Shown in pieces: positions 28,045-37,686 of a DNA stretch of 64,000 nt. The stretch is taken from NCBI GenBank assembly GCA_965198175.1, contig OZ240245.1, forward strand, positions 1,440,001-1,504,000. The letters are read 5' to 3'. The notes under the pieces were generated by a model. The model made no database searches. It worked only from the letters and a program-made list of their open reading frames with translations, and was not told where the DNA came from. A program made the position numbers and the translations under genes. The DNA comes from Candidatus Poribacteria bacterium. GTDB taxonomy: Bacteria; Poribacteria; WGA-4E; PCPOR2b. Every line of letters starts with the position of its first letter. Positions within the stretch are counted from its first letter, which is position 1.

Positions 28045-28442
28045 ATATTGTAAGTAATCCTCTTTAATGAGTCGAAGATTGTTCTACCAACCCATCGCAG
28101 GGCAACGGGAGTGAGGGAACAACTTAGGTTCGCCAAGTCTCTTTCCATTTTTTTCAGCCAACCACTGTTTCCCGCCAGACCTCTTGCCAGCTTAATGACA
28201 TCGTAACAGCGCCTGTATCGTAATCTTAAATCGTTCTACCAACGGCTTACAAGCCTACTGCTCCGTCAGGTTGAATCTGATAACATTTCCCATTTTAAGC
28301 GCATGCCGACGGGCACCCGGTTTGTCAACTCACGAAGAGGCGAGTGATTCAGTTCTCCAACGTACGCCCGCTATTGATGGGCGAATTGCGCAACTTGGGC
28401 TCAGCTGAGAGTTCATCTTTGGAACGAGTGAGGGAATCAACA

Positions 28443-29345
28443 ATGTCAACGATTAAGCTACAGGCGGAACTCCGCGATCAGTTCAAGTATGAGGCAACGA
28501 GATTTAACTACACCCAAGTATATAACACTACCAGGACGTACGACTGTGAACCCACCCTGACGGACACCGAAGTTCTAGATTTTTGTAGAAAGGGTTTCCT
28601 GATGCTGGAGGGCGTCGTTCCGGACGAGGTTAATCGGCGGGCGTTTGCGTTTCTCGATGAGAATAGCTACAACCAGCCCACCGAAATCCTCGAAGCGCCC
28701 TGGTTCATCGAGCATGTAGTTTGCAATCCTCAAGCGGCGGGTGCGGTGCGGTCACTGCTAGGGGCGAACTTCAACTTGCCAATCCTCGTCGCTAACCATC
28801 TGGTTAAATGCCCCGCTTCAGCACAGGGATGGCACCATGACGGCGGCTCACAATACAGTCCCGAACTCAATTATCTACAGGTATTCTATTATCCCCAGGA
28901 CACACCTGCGGAGTTGGGTCCGACCGAGGTGTTGCCCGGTTCACACTATAACGACCGGCGTCCGTCACATAACGGACGCCTTAGGGATGGGGTGCTAACG
29001 ACCGCACCCGCGGGCTCGATTTTCCTCACGATTTATCCCATCTTGCACCGCCGCCCCCGTTCAACTGTGGAGGGCATACGCAACCTGTTGAAGTATTGCT
29101 ACTGGCGGACCGTGCCGCCGGTGCGCGACTGGATTATTGAACCGGACTTCGACCTCGCCACGGCGAACTACGGCGGGTTTGGTATGGACGTAGCTATCGC
29201 TCAGCGAGTCTTCTGGCTATGGGGTGAGGGGACTGAGTTTAGCTCAATAGGCGGTCAGGGGTGGCCCTTTTGCACTTCCAACTCCAACCAAATGGCTCCG
29301 TCTTATGGGTTTCCAAGCGGATTGCCACGGTTCGAAATGCCGTGA
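28443..29345 (+). CDS. Phytanoyl-CoA dioxygenase (PhyH) family Fe(II)/2OG oxygenase
   Basis: WHHD (HxD), YYPQD...GPTEVLPGSH and distal HRR motifs; start codon uncertain. Confidence 0.85.
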   Translation: MSTIKLQAELRDQFKYEATRFNYTQVYNTTRTYDCEPTLTDTEVLDFCRKGFLMLEGVVPDEVNRRAFAFLDENSYNQPTEILEAPWFIEHVVCNPQAAGAVRSLLGANFNLPILVANHLVKCPASAQGWHHDGGSQYSPELNYLQVFYYPQDTPAELGPTEVLPGSHYNDRRPSHNGRLRDGVLTTAPAGSIFLTIYPILHRRPRSTVEGIRNLLKYCYWRTVPPVRDWIIEPDFDLATANYGGFGMDVAIAQRVFWLWGEGTEFSSIGGQGWPFCTSNSNQMAPSYGFPSGLPRFEMP

Positions 29346-29733
29346 AATTGACAGTGCTTTCTTTCCGAGGATAACAAGATGAGGCACTTTATGAAAGGCT
29401 TCATATCGATTTTTTTAAGCTCTATGCAGCGTTGGGATACTTTGATTCCTATGAGCAGTGACCTTGAGCCGTTGAGTTAGGCTGGTATTGGGAAAACAGT
29501 TGCTATACAGAGTATCCCGGCAGATACCAAAGTTAATTCAATGCTTCAGAGTCGCAACCGCATTTATAATATGCGGGACACATTAACCTCCAACTTTTTT
29601 TTCTAGCTAATGTCTAACCTAACATTCTGTTACGCTAGGGTTATACCCTAGCGCGAGCGCGATGGAATAGGGAGTGAGTGCACCTTGTTTCCCTAACTTC
29701 TTCAAACCAAGCTAAGATAAGGAAGGTTCTATC

Positions 29734-30624
29734 ATGTCAAGAGCATTGTTAGCAACACTCATCCTCCTCCTGATGACGGGATACATTTTGGGTGTAACAA
29801 CGGTTTCCGACGCCAAGGTTTTGGCAGCCTGGCTCTTTGATGAAGAAAAAGGCAAAGTTGCCGAGGATGCCACTGGTAGTGGGTTTGACCTGAAAGTCGT
29901 CAAAGGGGAATGGACTAAAGGTAAAGGAGCATTTGGCGGTGCCCTGAACTTTGCTGATGTAGGTACTTACGCTGCTGCTGAGGTCCCTACGGTTGATTTC
30001 AACTTCAGCAAAGGCGAATTCACAATTATATCCAGAATCAACCTGACAGCAATCACCGAATGCTGTACAGGGATCCCGAGTTGGGGCGTCGACAACATTT
30101 CAGGAGACTGGGCGGGAAAGTGGCCTTCAGGCAATACTTGGGTGCTACACCCGGATAAACGCCCCGTCGGGAAAGGGGATTATTTTACCAGTTTTTGGTA
30201 TAATTCACAGGAAAACGTGGACGGAAAACCCGTGGGTCAAGACGCGGGGTGGACGGCAATTCATACAGGGGCGGTAAATTGGAACGAGTGGCATCAGTTT
30301 GCCATAACTTTTGATGGAACAGAGATGAAGATATTTGCCGATGGCGAACTCCAAGACATAGCCAATACTGCGGGTCCGCACGCCTGGCCTCAAGGAGCGC
30401 CCGTTCAACTCTCGTTCTCCCGCGACCTCTGTTGCGGCGTCCCCCGCACGCATACCGGCTGGATTGATGAAGCGCTGCTCGCGGATGAAGCCATATCGGA
30501 AGAGATACTCAAGAAATCAAGTGAAGTCGGGCTAGCAGAGATACCCGAATTCCAGGAGGCATTCGCTGTTAGCGGTCGGGATAAGCTAGTGACAACCTGG
30601 GCCCGTTTGAAACGGCACTACTAA
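29734..30624 (+). CDS. Secreted LamG/concanavalin-like protein with short C-terminal tag
   Basis: Signal peptide; WLFDEEKG, EWHQFAITFDG..MKIFADG and GWIDE motifs; ends AVSGRDKLVTTWARLK. Confidence 0.85.
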   Translation: MSRALLATLILLLMTGYILGVTTVSDAKVLAAWLFDEEKGKVAEDATGSGFDLKVVKGEWTKGKGAFGGALNFADVGTYAAAEVPTVDFNFSKGEFTIISRINLTAITECCTGIPSWGVDNISGDWAGKWPSGNTWVLHPDKRPVGKGDYFTSFWYNSQENVDGKPVGQDAGWTAIHTGAVNWNEWHQFAITFDGTEMKIFADGELQDIANTAGPHAWPQGAPVQLSFSRDLCCGVPRTHTGWIDEALLADEAISEEILKKSSEVGLAEIPEFQEAFAVSGRDKLVTTWARLKRHY

Positions 30625-30921
30625 TAACTCACTTCTGAATTGTGATGCAGTGATAACGTGCAAAAATCCTTGGACTACGGATTGTCTTATCGTGGCTAGC
30701 CCCCGATTCTTGGATTTGGGCGAGCAACTCTTGGTCGTTGAGTTTTGTAGGAGCTAGCACCATTGGTCAATACCAGTTCAATGTGAAGTCATTTTGACTG
30801 TGAATCTTATTGTTTGGGCAGGGGTTTTATCCCTGCCCATTCTATATAGTTGAGGGCGTACCCTAGCTCTTCTTTTAAGGTTCAGAACTTAAGGCTGTTG
30901 CTGTTAAGCAGGTGAATTCCG

Positions 30922-31728
30922 ATGAGACTGGATTATGCTTTGGTTTTACTGAGTTTGACTTTAATCTGCGCACCGCTTACCCACGCAGATGAACAAAGTT
31001 GGGATCTAGCTAACCCTGCGGCAACACTGAGAGATTGGGAAATTATCTCAGGCGATTGGGCATTCAGAGGTGGCTGGTGGGAAGTGCAAAGCCGGGGTGA
31101 TACGCCGGGCATTGCTGTAATCAAAGAGCAGGTTGCAAAGCCGCTTGGACTCTTCACTCACGATGGCATGATTTGTGAGGTGACCTTCGAAATTTTAGCC
31201 GAACAAGGCAATCAATTTATTATTTTTGCCTACTCCCCGGAGGTTGATAAAGACTACGTTTTTCAAGCCGGACAGCGCGCGGAAGGCGCGCCGGGGCGGT
31301 GGTCAATTGAACGAATGCATATCCATCCTGACAACGCGAACCGCTTTCGCGCTGCTGAATTTTTTGGGTTTAAGAAGGATGGTGAAGTCCGCGGCAAAAG
31401 AGAATTTCGATTTAAGCTCGAAATTCAAGGCGACACGATTATAACATATCATAACGACAAAGAGCAGAACCAATTTACCTTCGGCGAAGATAGGCCGAAT
31501 TTTGAGCCAGGTGGTGCAGCACAACTCGCGAGACTTTTAGCCTTAATTCGGAAGATGCCTGTGGGTCGAATTGGGCTCTCTAACCTGAATGCACACACCC
31601 GCTTCCAAAATTTTAAGATTTCAGGGCCCGATATTCGATCTGTTGAATCAATGAGTAAATTGGCAACATCCTGGGGCAGAATAAAAGCGCTAAGAAATCG
31701 AATAGGTTCGCGGGATAAAGAGCCATAG
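30922..31728 (+). CDS. Secreted beta-sandwich (DUF1080/lectin-like) protein with C-terminal tag
   Basis: Signal peptide; WEIISGDW, FKLEIQGDTI and GRIGL...TRFQNFKISG motifs; SVESMSKLATSWGRIK. Confidence 0.7.
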   Translation: MRLDYALVLLSLTLICAPLTHADEQSWDLANPAATLRDWEIISGDWAFRGGWWEVQSRGDTPGIAVIKEQVAKPLGLFTHDGMICEVTFEILAEQGNQFIIFAYSPEVDKDYVFQAGQRAEGAPGRWSIERMHIHPDNANRFRAAEFFGFKKDGEVRGKREFRFKLEIQGDTIITYHNDKEQNQFTFGEDRPNFEPGGAAQLARLLALIRKMPVGRIGLSNLNAHTRFQNFKISGPDIRSVESMSKLATSWGRIKALRNRIGSRDKEP

Positions 31729-32084
31729 TTATGAGCGAATCATTCTTCGATCCGGATGTTGGATTGAACACGCCCGAGTTGCATTGCCCAAGAATCTGCA
31801 AAAGTTGCGCAAGCATTATGCGGCAATGAACAAGACACGCTGAGTTGGCTTGGGAATGTACCCGGTCGTCGGCGATTGACATGGCGCTGTTCCTGGACCC
31901 GATCAGATGCGCGGATGGACAGCTAATTCGTCCCGGTAGTCGAGACTACACGGCGCATTCTGGAACTCGCGGACGAGCTAGAATCTCCATCGCATTGACG
32001 GCGATCTTTTTCCGATTCTCCTTTTCAAGCAGACAACGGGCACTTTTTGAGTTGCGTTGTTAATTGTTAAGGCGGTGAGTGCCG

Positions 32085-32855
32085 ATGAAATGCACTTTTA
32101 CTTTGGGTATGCTGAGTTTGACTTTCATCTATGTTCTATTCGCGCACGCGGACGAACTAAGTTGGGACTTGGCGAACCAGGGGGCAACCCGTCGAGAGTG
32201 GGAGGTTATCTCTGGCGATTGGGAATTCAAAGGCGGCTGGTGGGAAGTTAAAAGCGGTCTTCATACGCCCGGCATCGCTGTGATTAAAGAGGAAGTTGCA
32301 GAGCGGCTTGGACTCTTCACCCACGATGGTATGATTTGTGAGGTGACGTTCGACGTTTTGGGCAAACCGGGCAACCAATTTGTAATCTTCGCTTACGCTC
32401 CGGAGACTGATGAAGACCACGTTTTTCAAGCGGGGACGCGCTTTCAGGCGTTAGACGGGTCGTGGTCGATTGAACGAATGCATATCCATGCTAAAGACGC
32501 GTTTAAAGGACTCGATGAAATTTTTAAACAAGAAAAGAATCCTGTAAAGCAATCCAATTTCGATTTCAAGCTCGAAATTCAAGGTAACACGGTTATTGGC
32601 TATCATAAAGAAAGAGAGCAGATCCGATATACCTTTGGCAAAGATAGACCTCCGCCGATCTTTGGTGCGGGTGGAGATTTAGTTCGAGTTTTAGCCTTGA
32701 TTCGGGCGATGCCTGTCGGTCGAATTGGTATCGCCAATGAAAATGCACACACCCGCTTTCGAAAGTTTAAGATTTCGGGGCCTGGCATCCGACCCCGACC
32801 GGTTGAACCGGGCGGCAAATTGGCAATGATTTGGGGCGGAATAAAAGCGCAATGA
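32085..32855 (+). CDS. Paralog of 30922-31728 (secreted beta-sandwich protein with C-terminal tag)
   Basis: Long shared blocks (LGLFTHDGMICEVTF, WSIERMHIH); ends PVEPGGKLAMIWGGIKAQ. Confidence 0.72.
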   Translation: MKCTFTLGMLSLTFIYVLFAHADELSWDLANQGATRREWEVISGDWEFKGGWWEVKSGLHTPGIAVIKEEVAERLGLFTHDGMICEVTFDVLGKPGNQFVIFAYAPETDEDHVFQAGTRFQALDGSWSIERMHIHAKDAFKGLDEIFKQEKNPVKQSNFDFKLEIQGNTVIGYHKEREQIRYTFGKDRPPPIFGAGGDLVRVLALIRAMPVGRIGIANENAHTRFRKFKISGPGIRPRPVEPGGKLAMIWGGIKAQ

Positions 32856-32990
32856 AACGGAATGTGCGAATATTTGAACGGACTCGGAGATTGGAGGATT
32901 AATTCTTTCGCGAAGATTCTATGAAAATTTTACTTGCCCCGGTCGCGGGGCATCCCCCGCCGGGGGTTGGTACCATATGGGAACCTGATT

Positions 32991-33419
32991 ATGGAAAGAA
33001 CCATTGATAAATACCACACCCCCACGCCCGTTACGCTCCGTGAGGCAGTCCAGCACTGGATTGCTCAAGCGCAGCAGAAGTTGGACGCACACCTTCTAGG
33101 GTCGGACGATTTAGACGCGCTTGCAGAGATTGCCGCTGCGAGTGAAAAGATTCGCCAGCGGTTGCTCTATCTACACACCGAGATGCCAAGCCCACGCAGC
33201 AAAGTTGTTGCGATGTATCAGGTTGATCCAGTCGCCGGCGGTGCAGAGTTGCAACTGACCCACGACCCGAAATTCCCCTACACCACCCTTCATGATGCGA
33301 TTCTCGACGGCTGGCAGGTCATCCAGTTTCCCAACCAAAGAGATGTGTCCGATGATCGCCAGGTCAACGTTCAGGGCTATGAGTTCATCCTACAAAAACT
33401 GGAGGTGTACCATGACTGA
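32991..33419 (+). CDS. Hypothetical protein coupled to the downstream PhyH gene
   Basis: Its stop overlaps the PhyH start by 8 nt and its 3' end contains the PhyH GGAGG RBS; RQRLLYL and DGWQVIQFP...GYEFILQK motifs. Confidence 0.65.
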   Translation: MERTIDKYHTPTPVTLREAVQHWIAQAQQKLDAHLLGSDDLDALAEIAAASEKIRQRLLYLHTEMPSPRSKVVAMYQVDPVAGGAELQLTHDPKFPYTTLHDAILDGWQVIQFPNQRDVSDDRQVNVQGYEFILQKLEVYHD

Positions 33420-34344
33420 CACCGGTGCAGTTGAGAGTGACAAATCCACAACCGGAGTGACGATTTGCGCCGACCATATCCAGCCTATTCCGCTCACCGA
33501 CGATCAGGTCATTGATTTCATTATCCGCGGCTATCTCATCGTACAGCCAGACATCCCCGCGGCGGTCCACCAGCAGGTTTGCCGGGAATTCGACCAGAAT
33601 GGCGGCGTCTCGTTAGACCTTCAGAACGACCCGTTGGGCTTGGAATTGTTAGAGAAAGCGCCGACGCTTGATAAGGTGTTCAATCACCCGGTCGTCCATG
33701 GCGCGGCGTTTAGCCTGCTGGGGCCGGATTACTTTGTGTTCCACCGCTATTGCCACGCGGTTCGACCGGGAGATGGCAGGGTGGGCTGGCACCAGGACGA
33801 CGTTAACGTTCGCCACTACCAACTCCGCCGGCTGATGTTCCTGTATTACCCGCAGGATGTAACTGCCGACATGGGAGCGACCTACGTTGTGCCCGGCACG
33901 CACCTCTACAATTGCTGCACCGACCGCATGCAGACGTACGGCAATATCCGCGGTCAGGTCGCGCTCACGGTTAAGGCGGGCAGCGTTGTGATTACGCACT
34001 ACGACATCTGGCACACGGCTTCGCCCAACCGGAGTGACCGGATGCGCTATATGGTCAAATACTACGTGGACCGGACGCACGAACCGATTGAACCTAACTG
34101 GTACCACGAGCCCGACGGTGCTATCCCGCTTGCGATGAACCGGATGCATAACGAACGGATGGCTTGGACGCGATCCGATTTTTACAAGGAACGGCATCTG
34201 CGCTGGCGTGTGTGGTCGTATCTGCTTGGGCAGAAGGGGCCGGTGGTCTGGGAAAAGTGGAAAACGCTGCATCCGAGCTCTCGCACGCTGTCTGAGTTGC
34301 AGCCGGAGGAGATACAAGGATACCTCGGCGCGCCCACCGCTTGA
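33412..34344 (+). CDS. PhyH-family Fe(II)/2OG dioxygenase
   Basis: WHQD, YYPQD...GATYVVPGTH and DIWH...R motifs. Confidence 0.85.
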   Translation: MTDTGAVESDKSTTGVTICADHIQPIPLTDDQVIDFIIRGYLIVQPDIPAAVHQQVCREFDQNGGVSLDLQNDPLGLELLEKAPTLDKVFNHPVVHGAAFSLLGPDYFVFHRYCHAVRPGDGRVGWHQDDVNVRHYQLRRLMFLYYPQDVTADMGATYVVPGTHLYNCCTDRMQTYGNIRGQVALTVKAGSVVITHYDIWHTASPNRSDRMRYMVKYYVDRTHEPIEPNWYHEPDGAIPLAMNRMHNERMAWTRSDFYKERHLRWRVWSYLLGQKGPVVWEKWKTLHPSSRTLSELQPEEIQGYLGAPTA

Positions 34345-34446
34345 TGATACAATTCTGATGAAATGTTCCCGCATGCGGTAAACTTGGACGAAGAACTTCC
34401 CGTTTTACGGGTTTGAGAATCAGACCACAATGAGGAGAGCTAAATA

Positions 34447-35535
34447 ATGAAACGAATCAATCATCTTATCTGCACGGCAGCGATTTTGACCATGGTAGTT
34501 GCGATGTCCTCGTCTGTGTTCGCAGGGGCGGGACGCACCGGCGCTCAAATTCTCGAACTCGGCGGCGGGACGCGGGCGGCAGCGTTGGGCGATGCCTTTT
34601 CTGCGGTTGATGGGGATGTCACCTCCGCTTTCTGGAACCCAAGTGGATTGGGGATTATCCAAGACAAGCAGGCTGCGATTTCGTACATGGACTACAGCCA
34701 ACTGTTTGGCGAAGCGAGCGAGGGGCTGTACTACGCATTTTTCGCGGGTGCGCTACCTCTCAGCGCGTCGGGAACGCTCGGCACAACGCTCCAACTGCAA
34801 GGGCAGGGCGAGATAGCGATTACCACGGATTCCCCAGAGATAGAGCGGTATGAGAACCTTGGCACGAACTGGGCGTGGACCGTGTCTTACGCGGATACAT
34901 TGGCTAACGGCGTGTCAGCCGGAATTAGCGGCAAGATAATCCAAATGAAATTGGGGAGACACAGCGGACGCGCATACGCCATCGATTTCGGCGCGCAATA
35001 CGATCTCCCGAATTTCCTGACTCCGATACGCATCGGCGCCGCCGTCCAGAATTGGGGCACGGAGATTGCGTTCATCGACGCAAACCAAAGCGATCCGCTG
35101 CCCCGCAAATTTAGGCTGGGAACAGCGATTACACTCTATGAAGCGGGGCATCATGACCTACGGCTCATTGGGGATTTGATTGCATATATTGACAAACTGA
35201 AAGAGGACGACGAGGAGGGAGTCCAGGCGTTTCTGGATGCGAATCCCAACGTTACACGCAATCAGCTTCTCGCAGATCGCGGCGTTGGTAGACATGCCTT
35301 TGAGTGGCGGCACATGCAGAAGAGCGTCGGACTGGAGTATTGGTTGGGTAGGCTGCTTGCATTGCGGGTGGGATACAAAACGGAACCAGCGGTCGATAGG
35401 CCTGAATTTTCGGATCATTTGACGTACGGACTCGGTGTGCGCCTCCTGAATTATCAGTTCGATTATGCACGCATCCCCGGTGGGGGACCGAACAATCAGC
35501 GGCTAAATGTGTTTGCGTTGGTTTTGCGGTTTTAG
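34447..35535 (+). CDS. PorV/PorQ-family outer-membrane beta-barrel (second copy)
   Basis: GAQILELGGGTRAAALGDAFSAVDGDVTSAFWNPSGL; QSDPLPRKFRLG; C-terminal Phe. Confidence 0.85.
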   Translation: MKRINHLICTAAILTMVVAMSSSVFAGAGRTGAQILELGGGTRAAALGDAFSAVDGDVTSAFWNPSGLGIIQDKQAAISYMDYSQLFGEASEGLYYAFFAGALPLSASGTLGTTLQLQGQGEIAITTDSPEIERYENLGTNWAWTVSYADTLANGVSAGISGKIIQMKLGRHSGRAYAIDFGAQYDLPNFLTPIRIGAAVQNWGTEIAFIDANQSDPLPRKFRLGTAITLYEAGHHDLRLIGDLIAYIDKLKEDDEEGVQAFLDANPNVTRNQLLADRGVGRHAFEWRHMQKSVGLEYWLGRLLALRVGYKTEPAVDRPEFSDHLTYGLGVRLLNYQFDYARIPGGGPNNQRLNVFALVLRF

Positions 35536-35565
35536 TTTTTGTAGGTTGGGTTGTTGCAATAAGGA

Positions 35566-36405
35566 GTGAACTTGAAAAAGATAGGTGAAGTCATTTTATT
35601 GTTGAACCTCATGGGGTTGCTTGCCGCGCCTACGTACGCAAGCTCGGTTGACAAGATAGCTTCCGACAGGACTGATTCTGGGGGGTTTCGGCTCATATCT
35701 GCGCTTGGACCTCGACACCTAGACGTTAACCAGATCGACGGATCAATGGGCATCGTACGGGTACGGGCCGAGCGGTTGAAGTCGCCGAACCGGGCGTTTT
35801 TGTATTCGCTGCTCATCCCGGGTTCCGGTCAGCTCTACCTCGGCGCGAAACGGGGTTACCTTTACATTGCGGCAGAAGTCGGGCTGCTCGCGGCGCATTT
35901 CGTCACTCGCAGCGATGCGGAGAATACGCGGGAGAGCTACCGAGAGCATGTGAGAGCAAATGTCGCCTTCGAGGGACCAGGCGGGTTTGACTCGTGGGAC
36001 CCTGTCGAAGACTACGAGCACGCAACACTGTTTGACAATTGGCACAATATTTATACAGAGGATGGGAATGGCGAACCAATCGACCGAGTCGGCGCGTGGT
36101 ATTGGAAGGATCGGCAGGTGTTCAAAGACGAAGATCGAGAGGGTAAACACGATTCGCCCCAGCGCAAAATCGCGCGTGAGTTGCGAGATGAAGCCAATGA
36201 CAAATTTGAACGGGCTCGCACCTTTTTGGGAATCGCTATTTTGAACCACGTGATCAGCGCAGTTGAAGCGCGAATCTCTGCGAAGCGGACCAATCGACAA
36301 TACACCGCTCAAGTTTCCGTGCCGCGATCCATTGAACTGGATGTGCAGACAAGTCTCTCGCCTTTCGCCGCGGAAACTCAGCTCGTACTGCGAAAACTGT
36401 TTTGA
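35566..36405 (+). CDS. Secreted/membrane hypothetical protein (DUF5683-like)
   Basis: KSPNRAFLYSLLIPGSGQLYLG and LNHVISAVEA motifs. Confidence 0.6.
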   Translation: MNLKKIGEVILLLNLMGLLAAPTYASSVDKIASDRTDSGGFRLISALGPRHLDVNQIDGSMGIVRVRAERLKSPNRAFLYSLLIPGSGQLYLGAKRGYLYIAAEVGLLAAHFVTRSDAENTRESYREHVRANVAFEGPGGFDSWDPVEDYEHATLFDNWHNIYTEDGNGEPIDRVGAWYWKDRQVFKDEDREGKHDSPQRKIARELRDEANDKFERARTFLGIAILNHVISAVEARISAKRTNRQYTAQVSVPRSIELDVQTSLSPFAAETQLVLRKLF

Positions 36406-36492
36406 CCTGAGCGGAGTTTAGATGTTTTTAGGTCTGGTCAGTGTACCTTGCACCCACGATTAGGATTGGGTTCGGGCTTTTGCGGTAGGTAC

Positions 36493-36528
36493 AAAAAAAG
36501 GGAAATTGGGTGATTCCCAATTTCCCTT
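36493..36528 (-). terminator. Terminator between convergent genes
   Basis: AAGGGAAATTGGG / CCCAATTTCCCTT perfect stem, with A7 on the left (U-tail on the minus strand). Confidence 0.85.
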
Positions 36529-36554
36529 AAACAAGGAGAATGCGAGATGAGCGG

Positions 36555-37433
36555 CTACATCATCTTTGGGGCGGGTGGTGTAATGAAGATTTCTGCGCGA
36601 CGGTTCATTGCGGACCCCGCTTTTGTCCTCACGGATGCAGCCGGATCGGTGTGCGCGCGTCCAATCGACTCGATGTCGTTTGCCACGCCCTGCGTTTTGA
36701 GGTACTTCACAGCGGCATCTGCACGGGCTTGAGAAAGATGCCAGTTGCTGCGGAATCTTCCACTCAACACCGGCGTCCCATCGGTATGACCAATGACCTT
36801 GACCATCGTGTCTGGGTGCGCCTCCATAATCTCCTTAACCGCCATATTGAGTTTCTGCTTCGCTTCCTGACTCAAACGGTTGCCTCCGCTGGGGAAGTTA
36901 ACCGTTGCAATTAACGTAGGCTTCGCAGCAACCATTGCTTTGAGGGTTTCTGTCTCCTCTTTCACGTCGGCGATCGCCGACTTCATCTCGATGTGATCGG
37001 ATGCTTGCGCCTTAGACTTATTGTCAAGGCTGCCGATCATCATGCGCAGCTTGTCGTCTTCTTGCATTGCGAATGACTGCGCTTTATCACGCGCCATATT
37101 TACGGCGTTCGTCAAGTCTTGATGCAATGCGGCGTCTTGGTCTTTTGCAAAGTGCTTGGCGGTGCCGATTGTGTCCGCATCGCCCTGTTCAGAGGCTGCG
37201 ACCGCGTCGTTCTTCGCCATCGAGATGTCCGATCTCAAAGAATTTCCTTGCTCATCGACCTTTCCACCAATCATAGCGACCTCTTCGCGCAACTTTGAGT
37301 GCTCCGCTGCAGAATCCGCGTTGTATTTTTCCATCTCTGCGCCAAACTCTGTCTTGCTCAACTTGCCACACCCGCTCAGACCGATACCAAGCGCAAGAAT
37401 GCCAACAATAGCCAGTAAGGCTAAGTCTTTCAT
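36555..37433 (-). CDS. OmpA/MotB C-terminal domain lipoprotein with coiled-coil stalk
   Basis: Lipobox LSGC; VIGHTD...NWHLSQARADAA...NRRAEI. Confidence 0.88.
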   Translation of the reverse strand: MKDLALLAIVGILALGIGLSGCGKLSKTEFGAEMEKYNADSAAEHSKLREEVAMIGGKVDEQGNSLRSDISMAKNDAVAASEQGDADTIGTAKHFAKDQDAALHQDLTNAVNMARDKAQSFAMQEDDKLRMMIGSLDNKSKAQASDHIEMKSAIADVKEETETLKAMVAAKPTLIATVNFPSGGNRLSQEAKQKLNMAVKEIMEAHPDTMVKVIGHTDGTPVLSGRFRSNWHLSQARADAAVKYLKTQGVANDIESIGRAHTDPAASVRTKAGSAMNRRAEIFITPPAPKMM

Positions 37434-37686
37434 TGTTTCCTCCCAAGAATTGAATGCGTTACCATTAGGAATACAGATTTTGAGGATCTGATACGCGCTT
37501 CAGCTTAAAGGATAGTTTAGCACAAGTCTTGTCTGAATACAAGAAAAAACGCTACGCATTTTTGGCTGGATGTGTAGATTTTGTGAGATGGTGAGTTACC
37601 GAAACGAGGTTTTCTCCATCAGGATCTTGATGGCGGATGATTTCAATTGTCGTCCATCGTTAAAAGAACGTCCTGCTTTTGAGTTG

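Noticed and set aside
29379..29480. 33-aa ORF with GAGGA upstream
   Set aside because: No recognisable motif; cannot be distinguished from chance or a gene remnant.
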